From Takakia lepidozioides (lineage: Eukaryota; Plantae; Bryophyta), in the NCBI GenBank assembly GCA_030704615.1, contig CM060731.1, forward strand, positions 87,048,001-87,112,000: 64,000 bases of DNA, read 5' to 3'. Shown in pieces: positions 41,264 to 53,003 of this stretch (positions are counted from its first letter, which is position 1; every line of letters starts with the position of its first letter). The position numbers and the translations under genes are program-made. Under the pieces are notes generated by a model, which searched no databases, had not been told where the DNA came from, and saw nothing but the letters and a program-made list of their open reading frames with translations.

Positions 41264-41790
41264 GCCTTTTTTCCATTTCGGGGCCGTAAATGGCTAAGTC
41301 CCATATCTGACTTGCACCAAAATCGGAAATTCGGCGCCATTTTTCCAGTCATGCAGGTAATTCCAAGAGCGGATGGATGGAAATCCGGCGCCGGATTTCC
41401 ATCCACCAGGTAAGTCGGCGCGCAAAATTTCCGTCGCGCAGGTAATTCGAAGAGCGGATGGATGAAAATCCGGCGCCGGATTTCCATCCATCCGCTCTTG
41501 GAATTACCTGCATGACTGGAAAAATGGCGCCGAATTTCCGATTTTGGGTGCCAGTCAGAACTGGGACTTAGCCGTTTTCGGCCCCGACATGGAAAAATGG
41601 CGTTTTTTTTTTTTTTTTTTTTTTTTTTTTGGCGCCATTTTTCCATTTCGGGGCCGAAAATGGCTAAGTCCCAGATCTGACTTGCACCAAAATCGGAAAT
41701 TCGGCGCCATTTTTCCAGTCATGCAGGTAATTCCAAGAGCGGATGGATGGAAATCCGGCGCCGAATTTCCATCCGCCAGCTAGGTCGGCG
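38995..41790. repeat. Palindromic satellite; ~370-bp tandem units separated by poly-T tracts
   Basis: GGCTAAGTCCCAGATCTGACTGG / CCAGTCAGATCTGGGACTTAGCC inverted pairs around GGCGCC palindromes; identical ORFs recur at 370-bp offsets (40924, 41294, 41664). Confidence 0.95.
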
Positions 41791-41833
41791 CGCAAAATTT
41801 CCGTCATGCAGGTAATTCGAAGAGCGGATGGAT

Positions 41834-43060
41834 GGAAATTCGGCACCGGATTTCCATCCGCAAGGTTGGTCGGAGAGCGGATGGATGGAGATCCGGCACC
41901 GGATTTCCATCCTACAGGTAAGTGGAATCCCGGATGGATGGAAATCCGGCGCCGAATTTCCATCCTGCAGGTAATTCGAAACCCGGATGGATGGAAATTC
42001 GGCGCCGAATTTCCATCCTGCAGGTAATTCGAATCCCGGATGGATGGAAATTCGGCGCCGGATTTCCATCCAGCAGGTAAGTGGAATCCCGGATGGATGG
42101 AAATCCGGCGCCGAATTTCCATCCTGCAGGTAATTCGAATCCCGGATGGATGGAAATTCGGCGCCGGATTTCCATCCAGCAGGTAAGTGGAATCCCGGAT
42201 GGATGGAAATCCGGCGCCGAATTTCCATCCTGCAGGTAAGTGGAATCCCGGATGATTGGAAATTCGGCGCCGAATTTCCGTCCAGCAGGTAATTCGAATC
42301 CCGGATGGATGGAAATTCGGCGCCGCATTTCCATCCAGCAGGTTACTGGAATCCCGGATGGATCGAAATCCGGCGCCGAATTTCCATCCTGCAGGTATTT
42401 CATCGCTGAGAATTACCTTCCTGCAGGTAATTCTGATCAATGAATTACCTTCCTGTAGGTAATTCTCAGCGATGAATTACCTTCCTGCAGGTAATTCTGA
42501 GCGAGGAATTACCTTCCTACCTTCATCGATAAGAATTACCTGCAGGAAGGTAATTCATCGATCAGAATTACCTGCAGGAAGGTAATTCTCAGCGATGAAA
42601 TACCTGCCTAATGGAAATTCGGCGCCGAATATCCATACGCCAGCGATCCGACTTACCAGCTGGATGGAAATTCGGTGCCGGATTTCTATCCATCCGGTAT
42701 TCAACTTACCTGCTGGATGGAAATTCGGCGCCGAATTTCCATCCATCCGGGATTCGAATTACCTGCAGGATGGATATGCGGCGCCGGATTTCGATCGATC
42801 CGGGATTTCACTTACCTGCTGGATGGAAATTCGGCGCCGGATTTCCATCCATCCGGGATTCAACTTACCTGCTGGATGGAAATTCGGCGCCGAATTTCCA
42901 TCCATCCGGGATTCGAATTACCTGCAGGATGGATATGCGGCGCCGGATTTCGATCGATCCGGGATTTCACTTACCTGCTGGATGGAAATTCGGCGCCGGA
43001 TTTCCATCCATCCGGGATTGCACTTACCTGCTGGGTGGAAATTCGGCGCCGAATTTCCAT
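41834..43060. repeat. Fold-back array of 53-bp units containing GGAAAT(T/C)CGGCGCCG(A/G)ATTTCC
   Basis: 11 units from 41834 to 42364 and 9 inverted units from 42613 to 43037, all 53 bp apart; symmetry centre ~42500. Confidence 0.95.
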
Positions 43061-44010
43061 CCGGGGGCTGGTCTCTGTCGGAGAGGTGCCGGCCTCTCCG
43101 CCGCTCTGTTGGATATTCGGTGCCGAATTTCCGTCCGGCGGTTGAAATATGACGGCCAGGTGCCGACCTCTCCCCCCTCCCCAACCGCATTGGAATGGCC
43201 CCGGATTGAAATTCGGCGCCGTTTTCCCATCTGGGGAGGTTTTTATGTCGGCCAGTTTTCAGTCTGACACCCCGACAAGACTTCCTTGGGGGGGCCCGGA
43301 TGGAAATTCGGCGCCGAATCTCCATCCAAGGGATGCTCTCTGTCGAACACGTGCCGACCTCTACGCCCGAGGCGACTTCATCCGGGCGTCCCCTGTTCGA
43401 TATTCGGTGCCGAATTTCCGTCCGGGGGTTGAAATGTGACGGCCAAGTGTCGGCCTCTCCCCCCTCCCCGACTGCATCCGAACCGCCCCGGATGGAAATT
43501 CGGCGCCGTTTTTCCATCTGGGGATGTTTTTATGCCGGCCAGTTTTCGGCCTGACCCCCCGACACGACTTCCTTTACCTGCTGGATGGAAATTCGGCGCC
43601 GAATCTCCATCCAGGGGATGTTCTCTGTCGCACACGCGCCGGCCTCTGCGCCCGAGGCGACTTCATCCGGGCTTCCCCTGTTGGATATTGGGTGCCGAAT
43701 TTCCATTCGGGGGTAGTAATGTGACGGCACGGTGCCGGCTTCTCCCCTTCAGCCGTCATCATCCGGACGGCCCCCCACTTTCTGACTGCATACCGTTGGC
43801 AGTTATTGCGCAAAGACCAGGGGCCGCATTCCGGAGACAAGGTTCATTAACACTCTGACTGTGGATTTTTGAGATAGTTGGCTCCCTGGATTTGGATCAG
43901 GCTTCGTCGCTCGGACAAATCGGCATCGCATTCATTCCCATCGCTGCATCCCCCTTCTACCAGGGAGCTTCCCCGCACTCCATCCTGGGAGTCTTGTGTG
44001 CACATCTCCC

Positions 44011-46099
44011 ATGGCGGAAAACCCGAGCGCTACAGTGTACTGCCCTCCTCACGAGCATAGAGCTTCATTTCCGTGCAGAGGGGACACCTGCCGGGTGATG
44101 GAAAAATATCTGTGCGTTCGATACCACCTGAAAACCGGGGTCGGTTTTTTTGGAGGAGGAAAGGAAGGACTCTAACGGCCTTGTTGTCGACAGTATTGTT
44201 GTGCTCCACGATGATTTCGGCGATGGCAGGGAATGGCGAGTTCCACCATTGGACAGCGTCATATACGGGGCTGTTGGGGACTTCATTTGCCCGCCAAATG
44301 CACCTTCTATCCTGGCGCCTTCCACGAAACAATCCGCGAATCAGAGAGTGGCTACCTCAAAGAGAGAAGTCCGTAACGAAGTAAATCCAGAGCCGAACCC
44401 ATCCATGAAGACGAGCCAGAACCGGGTTGTTCACAACCTGTCCGACTCAGACGAGGTCATGGAAGTTCCGAGGTCGTCCTGGAGATCAGGCAAGTCCTCA
44501 ATGGACGTCAGTGGAGGAGGGAGTCATATTCCCAGCACGAGCACCGCAGTTCGATCTATTCTTGAAATTCTGCGAGGGCTTCACCTGGAGGGACACCGGT
44601 CGGAGCTGGCCGGGCTGGACTACAGCAAGTTCGCAATTAAATCGGTTACATGCCTTCCCGCCGACGTCGACGGTAATATCTTCTTTGAGTTCCCTCCTCG
44701 GGCGGACTACTCGAGGGCGTCCGGAATGTTGACAGATATGGATAGAAAACATGACGGTCATCCTTGGTGCGTTACCAAAACCACCAGCATGAAGATGCTC
44801 GATGGTGTGCGGGTGCGCTACGTTGTTTGTGCGGGCGCGTTGCGGTGTTTCTCCCCAACTTGCTTTCACTTTAAATCCAGAGGTCACAGGAACGAGACCG
44901 ATTGGACAGGCACAGCTCATCAACCATTTCGAGCTCAGGAGAAGGTTCCGAACTCCACATTTAAGTGTGCGCATTGCAAAGAACCACCACACTGCATGTC
45001 TGTTTGTAATGCCAAGCAGTTCTATGTGTTGCACCGTTTCCCTGACCTCACACCAGCTTGCATACACGTTTGTTCCCATTGTCACAAATTGGCGAGGGGG
45101 AACTCGCGGGAGGCTGCCCACGAAGCAGAGCAGCTCGTTCAGGAGGAGGTTAAGTTGAGATCGGGTGCCAAACCCAAACAGATACAGCTCCAAGCCGCCC
45201 ATAAGATGGCATTGGCCAGAATTATGTCGGAAGACGGCTCCGATAGAGTTCCTCTCGACGAGAAGGAAATGGAGGCATTGCTGGAGTCGGTGTCCCACGT
45301 ATGTTCACCGAATGTCCGAAACCACATTGTCTCATGCAAACAGAAAATTGGGCGTGGCTCGGATATGCACTCCATTCTGGAGGTGAAGCGACGATGTGGA
45401 TATGACTACATTCATGGAAGTAGGTTTCCAGGACAATGGACTGAGGCAGATCGTTGTTTCGTATTCAAAATGTCCACGTGTGGACCTGGCAGCGGCGTCG
45501 AACTGGTTGACAGGATGACGAGTAGGAACTTGTCAAACAGTTTGGTCATGTTCGACCATATCAAGTGAATTACAAATCACCAGTGGGTGACAATGGGTGC
45601 ACATGTCTACGACACCCACTGCAGGATGCTAATGACAATTGCTATTTGTGAGATGAAAGGAGAGGACACACAATCAGAGATGCTTCTTTGGCAGGGAATA
45701 AACGAACAGATGGCCAAGGCGGGATTGCCCCCTCCGAATTTCCGTGGTTTCATGGCAGACAACGCACAAGCAAATTGGGCTGCCATCCGAAGGGTGTACG
45801 GGCAAGACCCCAATGTTCCCATGGAAGGCAAGGAGAGATCTTGTGGGTTCCATTTTCTGCAAAGCCTTTCGCAGTACACAACCAGGCTCGTGGCGCCAGA
45901 TTTCAGAGAGGAGCACCGTTCCATGTGCCTTGCGTGGAAGCGCGCTCCTACCTTGGATGATGCAGAGACACAGTTTGCATGCATACGGGCTTGGTGGACA
46001 TCGTCAGGTGTTGTAAAGAAATCAGACGAGGGAGCAATGGTCAGTTGGCTAGCATGGTGGCATTATCGTTTCCTCCAGTTCGGCGACTATATGCGGGAG
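44011..46099 (+). pseudogene. Mutator-like transposase exon 1 (GCM-like domain, first two Asp, CxFH); exon 2 deleted
   Basis: ORFs 44150-45568 and 45587 onward separated by one stop; homology ends at splice donor GAG|GTGAGT. Confidence 0.9.
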
Positions 46100-49045
46100 G
46101 TGAGTTGCACGTTTGAACATGCTAAGTCCGAACTGGCTAAGTCCGAACATGCACTGGAAAAATGGCGCCGAATTACCTGTCATGAGGGGACCTATAGCCG
46201 CGGAATTCGTTCCCATTTTTCGCCAGAGAGACCTATTACCGCGAAATACGTCGCCGTTTTTCAGGTTACGGACCCTATTACCGCGAAATTCGGCGCCATA
46301 TTTGCACATGTCGCTGGGAATTGGCATGAGCGGAAGACGAAATATCATGAGCACAACTGTCAAAAGTGCAATTTTCCCTTCAAGGGGCCGATTAATATAT
46401 TTGTTTTTCCTGACACATTGCATTAAATTATTGTTTTTTATTGTTTTTTATTTTCGAAATTTGTACTTCTGCTCATGAAAACCGATTGTGTTACTACTCT
46501 GCTCATGCCGCTCATGCCGCTCATGCCGCTCATGCTCATGAAATAGCAAACCTCATTCATAACCTTCCGGATGCGAAAGGGTCCCGCATATAGAGGTACG
46601 AACTTCGGACTCACTTCCGGAAGTAGTCGGAAATTCTTGATGTTCAACCAGACCTCCGTGCCTCCCTCAAACTTAACTTCCCTCCACTTCCGATTTGTCT
46701 GCCGTTCATACCATTTCCTAGCTGACAATGTTGTACTTTGCGAGCTTCAATAAACGCTCACGTTCTTCCAGCACCGCTGCTGTTGCCGGTTCCTCAACGT
46801 CTTGGGCGGCCCAACTTGTCGGCACCAGAGGTGCTTTTCCATAGACCAATACGAAAGGGGAAACTCCCGTTGCGGAGTGTTTTGTATTATTATAACAGAA
46901 CTTTGCCGCATCCAAGTGCTCCACCCAGTCCAATTGGTCTGCCGACACGTAATTCCACAACATCTGTTTCACTACGGAATTCACCCTTTCCGTTTGGCCG
47001 TCCGTCGTAGGTCGGAAGGCGGTCCTCATCTTGAGCCTTGTCCCCATTTTCTTCCAAAGTGCCCTCCAAAATTTACTTGTAAACTTTGGATCGCAGTCTG
47101 AGACAATATCTTTCGGGAGTCCATGATGCTTGAAGACATGGGCGAAGTAAAGTCGTCCCGTCTCCTGCGCCGTTGCCGTCTCTTTGGTGGGAATGAAATG
47201 GCCCATTTTACTGAACCTATCCACCACCACCATGATTGCATCGAATCCTTTTGACAGCGGCATAGCAGTCATGAAATCCATCGAGACACTTTCCCAAGAC
47301 CCCTCTGGAATCGGTAAAGGTTGTAACAGCCCCGCTTGCTTTTTGTACTCGCTCCGGTTTTTTGGCATGTGGTGCATGTCTTGACATACTCCTCGGCCTC
47401 CTCCCTCAGTTTGGGCCAGAAATACTCTTTCTTCAAGAGTGCCGCGGTGCGCTTGGCTTCGTCGTGGCCCGCAAGCGGGCCATCGTGGCATTCTCTCAGG
47501 AGACTATCTCTGATCCCTCCCTTCGGCACGTAGAGGCGCTTTTGCTTGTACCAGAGCAGTCCATTGTACAAGTGGAACTACGATTTAACCCCCATCCTCA
47601 AGTCCCGCATCACGGACTTCGCCATTTCATCCTTCCGGTAAGCCTTCCGGATCTTCCTTTGGAGTGTCGTCTCGCCTCTGTACACCAACATGAGCTGCTG
47701 CTTTCTACTTAAAGCATCGGCCACCACATTGTCCTGTCCCGGTTCGTACTGGATATCCATGTCGAACACCGCCAAAGTGTCTTGCCACCTAAGTTGTTTT
47801 GGGGACAACTTAGGCTGCGTGGCACAATACTTCACCGTGACATTGTCCGTGAACACCTTTACCGGGTTGGAACCAACATAGTGGCGCCAAAGCTCAAGGC
47901 AATGCACCACCGCCTTCATTTCTTTCTCGTGCGTAGGCCACCTTCGTTCCACTTCATTGAGTTTCTTACTTTCGTAAGCTACTGGACGTCCATCTTGCAT
48001 GAGCACACCCCCTATTGCGAAGTCCGACGCATCCGTATGAATCTCAAATGGACGGTCGAACTCCAGGATTTCGAGGACTGGGGCTTCCGCCATCCGTTGC
48101 TTCAACTCGGCGAAAGCTTGGCCACAAAAGGCGTTCCATACCCAGACTTTGGATTTACACAGAAGGTCTGACAGCGGCCCCGCGATCTTGGCGAAATTTC
48201 TCACATACTTTCGGTAATAGGAGGCGAGTCCTAGGAATGATCGCACTCCCGGGACCGAAGTCGGAGGCTCCCAATCCAAGATCGCCCTCACCTTTCTGTC
48301 ATCCATTTTGATCCCATCCTGTGTAATCACATGCCCCATGAACTCCACTTTTGTGACCCCAAATTTGGAGGTTTACTATTTCATGAGCAGAAACCATGAG
48401 TCATGAGCCATGAGCCGCATGAGCGGTGAGCCGAAGTCTAAGACACACGGATTTCATGAGCGGACTCCTCCAAATATGAAAATGATACCACGGCAAAAGG
48501 ACGTCGCATACTGGCCTGTATAGAGTATTCCGTGGTTTTACATGCCTTAACATTGGAATGAAGCTGACCATTTTGCCGCGATTGAACCAATAGAGTCTGC
48601 ACCAATAGAGTCTGCAGTACTTCACAATTCTGTCATCTTCGGGTATTCGGCGGGAAAGGTTTGCGACTCAACTGGGAAATGCGGTGCCGCATTAGGGTTC
48701 GCACGTGCGAAATTTCTGGGCGGTTTGGTGTTGGCGAAGGCCGCATCTACCAATACCTACGACGTTACTTGGAAATGCGGCGCCGCATTTCCTTGCTGGG
48801 GGTCGAATGAGGAAAGCAAAGTTTGGGAGAGCAGAAAAACAAGAACCCTCCAACACACAAAAATACATGCACGTGGAAACACAAGTGAATGACATAGTAT
48901 TATCTTAGTTTGAGCAAAACAGATTACTGGTAGGCAAGACATAAGTCGGACCTTTCTGTGGCCAGAGTCAGAGCTACTTGCAGCAGTACAGTTCTACTAT
49001 CCGAAAAGGATGGGCGTACCATTGTGTTGGGACCGCAAGCCAAGC

Positions 49046-52000
49046 TCACTGGTCCCCTGGATCCATATTCAGAAGAGTGTGCACCTCTTGGGGGCTCAAC
49101 CCTGGTGCATGTATGAAGTGATGAGTTGTGGAATTACACCGGAGTCTCTTTAGGTACACGTAGTAGAGATGTTTGCAAGGGCATTATGATGCCCCCTTGT
49201 TCGCCATGATCTGGAAATCGGTGCAATTGCAGGTGGGTAATTCTGAAATGGTGATGGTGTACACCTCATTGTGAACAGCTGAGCCTGCCGTGGCCATCTG
49301 ATACACACGCCCGAAGCCTGGTGGGGGCACTTCTGTCGAGCTCTGGATTGTACAGTTCATCCGAAGTGCATTCCCCATCCTTGTCTCGTTCACTTTTGAG
49401 GGAGGTCGCCGCCTCTTCGGTTTCCCCCAACGGTGTGTAGGATGCTTAGAGCTGTTGTGTCCCATTGTTCTTGCTCTCACAGGGGTCGGTGCTGGAGGCT
49501 GCGGAGGCGGAAATGGTTGTCTGGGGACGTCAGTGCGCTGCACCATCCAAAATCCTGTGGCGGTAAGGGCGTCGGCCTCAACCTGACTCAGATCGCAGCC
49601 TGGTTCCACCGGCCACACCGGGGGAGCCTCTGGCATTGTTTGTATGCCGTACTTGGGCTTTCCATACACGCAAGTCATAATGTCGTGCCTGCAAAACCAG
49701 AACTGGGTGGTTGTCGCCTCCGCAAACTTTGCATGGACAAATCTTCTTGTAAAAGTAGGAGCAGGGACAACCCCATCTGGATTCCTCCTTATCATCTCTA
49801 AACAACGTTGCCGTGTATCCACTCGAATTGCGGAACACCTGCCTCGAAACGACGGCTTTGTGCAAGCAATTCTCCACTGTGACGCAGACACAGTCGTCTC
49901 CACAATGGCTTGGCCATACTGCATAACAGCGGGTGGAATCTGGGGCAAGCGAGCGGTGGGAATTTCTCGCACGGAATCCCCGCTTGAAGGCGATGGCGAT
50001 CTGGAATTTCTTGGGCTTCCACTACTGGAAGACACATTGTGCGGCAACATGACGGGACCTCAAGGTGCTGTCCGAATGTTCCTGTTGGATCTCCAAGAAT
50101 CCTCTTCACACCCGGGCGCCTCACAGGGCGAGTACGGACGTCCCCTCTAGGTGTTCACCTCTGCGGTGCAGAGGCATCATTTTGATCTTCTCTCGCAATG
50201 TTGTCGCCCATTTAAGTGGATTCTTCGACCTCGAAGCTGTTCGTACCAACAATTCCTCCCTGTCCGGCCCATAGCTCCATTGTTTCCCGCTCAAGAACTT
50301 GTAGTACGTGGCTTGCTGCATGATTGCTCTGTCGATGTCCTCCGTTGTGGCCATCACTACGTCCACCAGATGTGCGGCAGAAGACGCTCGCCAGGAGGAG
50401 TGCACTGATTTTGCCATATTCGTGTTCGGCATGTCCGTGTCGGAATCCAAGCACCGCTCCTACAAAGACACAAACAATGGTGAGGGACCAATGGAAAGGT
50501 CCGTAATAGAAAGACAATTGCACGAAAATGACAGCATCATACCTCCCGCATGTACTGTCCAAACTGTCGATACCGGAAATGCCACCACCCCCAACCAGCT
50601 GTGCAAGGCTCCCAGATTGGTTGTCTCCACTGCACCTGACGTGTTCCACCAAGCCTTGATGATAGCAAACTTAACCTCCGCGTCATCAAATGTGGGTGTA
50701 TCGGTGTTCAGCCTGGAATGAGTTAGCAACAAATTTGGTAGTGTAGTGAGATAGACTCTGCATCCAATGGAATCCACAGGATCTCTCTTTCTCCTCCATT
50801 GGAACATTGGGGTCCTCACCGTACACATGCCGCACCGCTGCCCAGTTGGCCTGAGCGTTGTCTGCCATGAATCCCCTGAAATTGGGCTCTGCCAATCCCT
50901 TGCCATCTGCTCGTTTATGCCCTCCCACAGATGCATCTCCGACTGTGTGTCCTCCCCTTTCATCTCGCAGATTGCAATCGTCATGAGCCTCTTGGAGTGA
51001 TAGTCATAAACATGCGCACCCATAGTCACCCACTGATGGTTTGTAATTTGCTTGATGTGATCGAACATCACCCAAGCATTTGACAAGTTTCCAGTTGTCA
51101 TGCGAGTGACCAAGTCGACTCCACTCCCAGGCCCACACGTCGACATTTTAAAAATGTAACAACGATCGGATTTGCTGCCTTGCCCTGGAAACCTGCTACC
51201 TTGGATGTAGTCATATCCAGTCATTCGTTTCACCTCCAGGAGTGAGTGCATGTCCGATCCCCGGCCGAACTCCTGCTTGCAAGATACGATGTGATTCCGC
51301 ACATTCGGACTACAAACGTGCGAGACAGACTCCAACAGGTCAAGCATCTCCTCTTCGTTCAAGGGCACTCGGTCTGAACCATCTTCAGACATGATTTTGC
51401 CAAGAGCAATCTTGTGGGCTGCCTTCAGCTGAATCTGCTTTGGTCTGGCTCCGGGGCTCAATTTCACCTCCTCTTTTATGATGTCGTGTGCTTCATGCAC
51501 AGCCTCACGCATGTTGCCTCTCGCCAAGGGGTGGCAGTGGACCCCAACGTGTATGCAAGCTCTAGTCAAGTCCGGGAGCAAATGGATTACGTAATATTGC
51601 TTGGCTCTGCACATGGACATGCACATCGGTGGTTCTTTGCAATGTGCGCACTTGAAAGTACCCACAGGAGCTTGGCTGGAGACAATGAATGGATGATGCA
51701 TTGTGCCAGTCCAATCCGTCTCGTTTCTCCGCCCTCGTTTAGAGAGAAAGTGGAAGGAGGCGGGATTGAGGCACCTCAGCTTCCCCGCACAGAGGACGTA
51801 TTGTACACGAACACCATCAGCAATTTTTGTGCTACTGGTCTTCATCACACATCAGGGGTGTCCGTCATGCTTTTGATCCATGTTTGTTAACATCCCTGAG
51901 GCTTTGTTTGACGAAGTAACAGGTGGAAACTCGAAGATGACATTGCCATCAAATTTGGGAGGCAGATACGTTACCTTCCTGACTGGAAATTTGGCATAGT

Positions 52001-52610
52001 CAAGAGCAGCCAGCTCGGAGCGAGAACCATCGAGGTGATGTTGCCATAGGAGCTGCACAATGGACCGGGTTGGAGTTATGCTCGAGGGTACATGCGTAGC
52101 ACCTGCAGAGACGTCCATGTCGGATTTGAACGACCGTGTGGAGGACATGGGGACCTCAATGCACTCATCTTCCTCGTCGGAAATGTCGAATACGTCCACA
52201 CGAGAGGCTATGGAGGGTCTTGATGGTCCAGGTCGGGAATGATTATTGTTGCATACCTCTCTGTTGGCAGTGGCCGCCTGTCGATTTCCCGACTCCTTTG
52301 TGGATGGTGTGGGCAGCGACTGATTTGGAAAGGGAACGGGCATTCCCACAACTCTGTACAGGATGGTGTCTGATGGGGGTACGTGCCATTCGATTCCACA
52401 ACCTCCGTCGTTACCTAGCACGATAATGGTCTCGTCAACCTGTCCAGGAACATCCTTCCTTTCTTCTTCCAAATAATCTGTGCCCGGTTTGAGCTTGAAT
52501 TTGGAACAAAGATAAGTTTCAGTCACTCTGCAAAGTCCTCCCTCGTTTGGGATCCAGGCTCTCCCAAGTTGCGGAGGACAGCAAACTATAGCGTAGGAAT
52601 TCGGAGCCAT
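49046..52610 (-). pseudogene. Mutator-like transposase, subfamily 2 (GCM-like, DDE, SWIM), with stops/frameshifts and one intron
   Basis: CAGKLRC..CAHC..HVGVHCHP; VMFDH, FMADN, CGFH, NTNMAKS (E replaced by K in this copy); PTCNC..CKH. Confidence 0.9.
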
Positions 52611-53003
52611 CGAAGACCGCACGAAGTTGCCAAGTGCGAGGTTCAGTATAGCGACAGACCAAGGCTCACATGCACCATGTAAGTGGATCTGTGGAGTCCA
52701 TCGACAATTGGAAGTCGCACATTGAAGTGGAAAGTATTGTTTCAAGCTACATGCATGAAGGTGGGAGGTGTGATTCCATATCCAGTAAGTATGACAATGA
52801 TGGCCGATTCGACGACGAAATAACATCTCCTGACAGTTTCTCCTGAGGGTGGGTCAACCAGTATTCGCGGTGCAGACATAAACGTTCGCACTGCCAAGTG
52901 CCAGGACTGTTAGTTAAAACGGTTAGACAACCAAGTTGTGCTCATTAAGACAGGCCGCAATTGTGTTGTTTCGGAACAATGAACCCATTGCACATGGCTG
53001 AAT

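Larger units (their letters stand above)
38827..46554 (+). mobile_element. MULE copy A (subfamily 1): both termini present, internal deletion derivative
   Basis: Left GGGGGCTGCTATTTCATGAGC, right GCTCATGAAATAGCAAACCTC; TSD ATTCATAA at 38819-38826 and 46555-46562. Confidence 0.92.
38480..48367 (-). mobile_element. Ty3/gypsy chromovirus pol (RT end, RNase H, integrase, chromodomain), split by MULE A and cut by MULE D
   Basis: TDASDFAIGGVL, NVVADALSR, SMDFMT..VVVDRFSK, TDGQTER, YAGPFRI, VHPVFHVSLLK, EYEVEAV..YLVKWKGY..SW; frame RKVMNE|DVYELEL rejoins across MULE A. Confidence 0.95.

Noticed and set aside
39006-43860. Many ORFs with MEIRRRISI / GWKFGAEFP repeats
   Set aside because: Six-frame translations of the palindromic arrays, open on both strands
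48380-48430. CATGAGC heptamer runs as telomeric repeats
   Set aside because: Always adjacent to TIRs and unlike TTTAGGG; they are subterminal repeats
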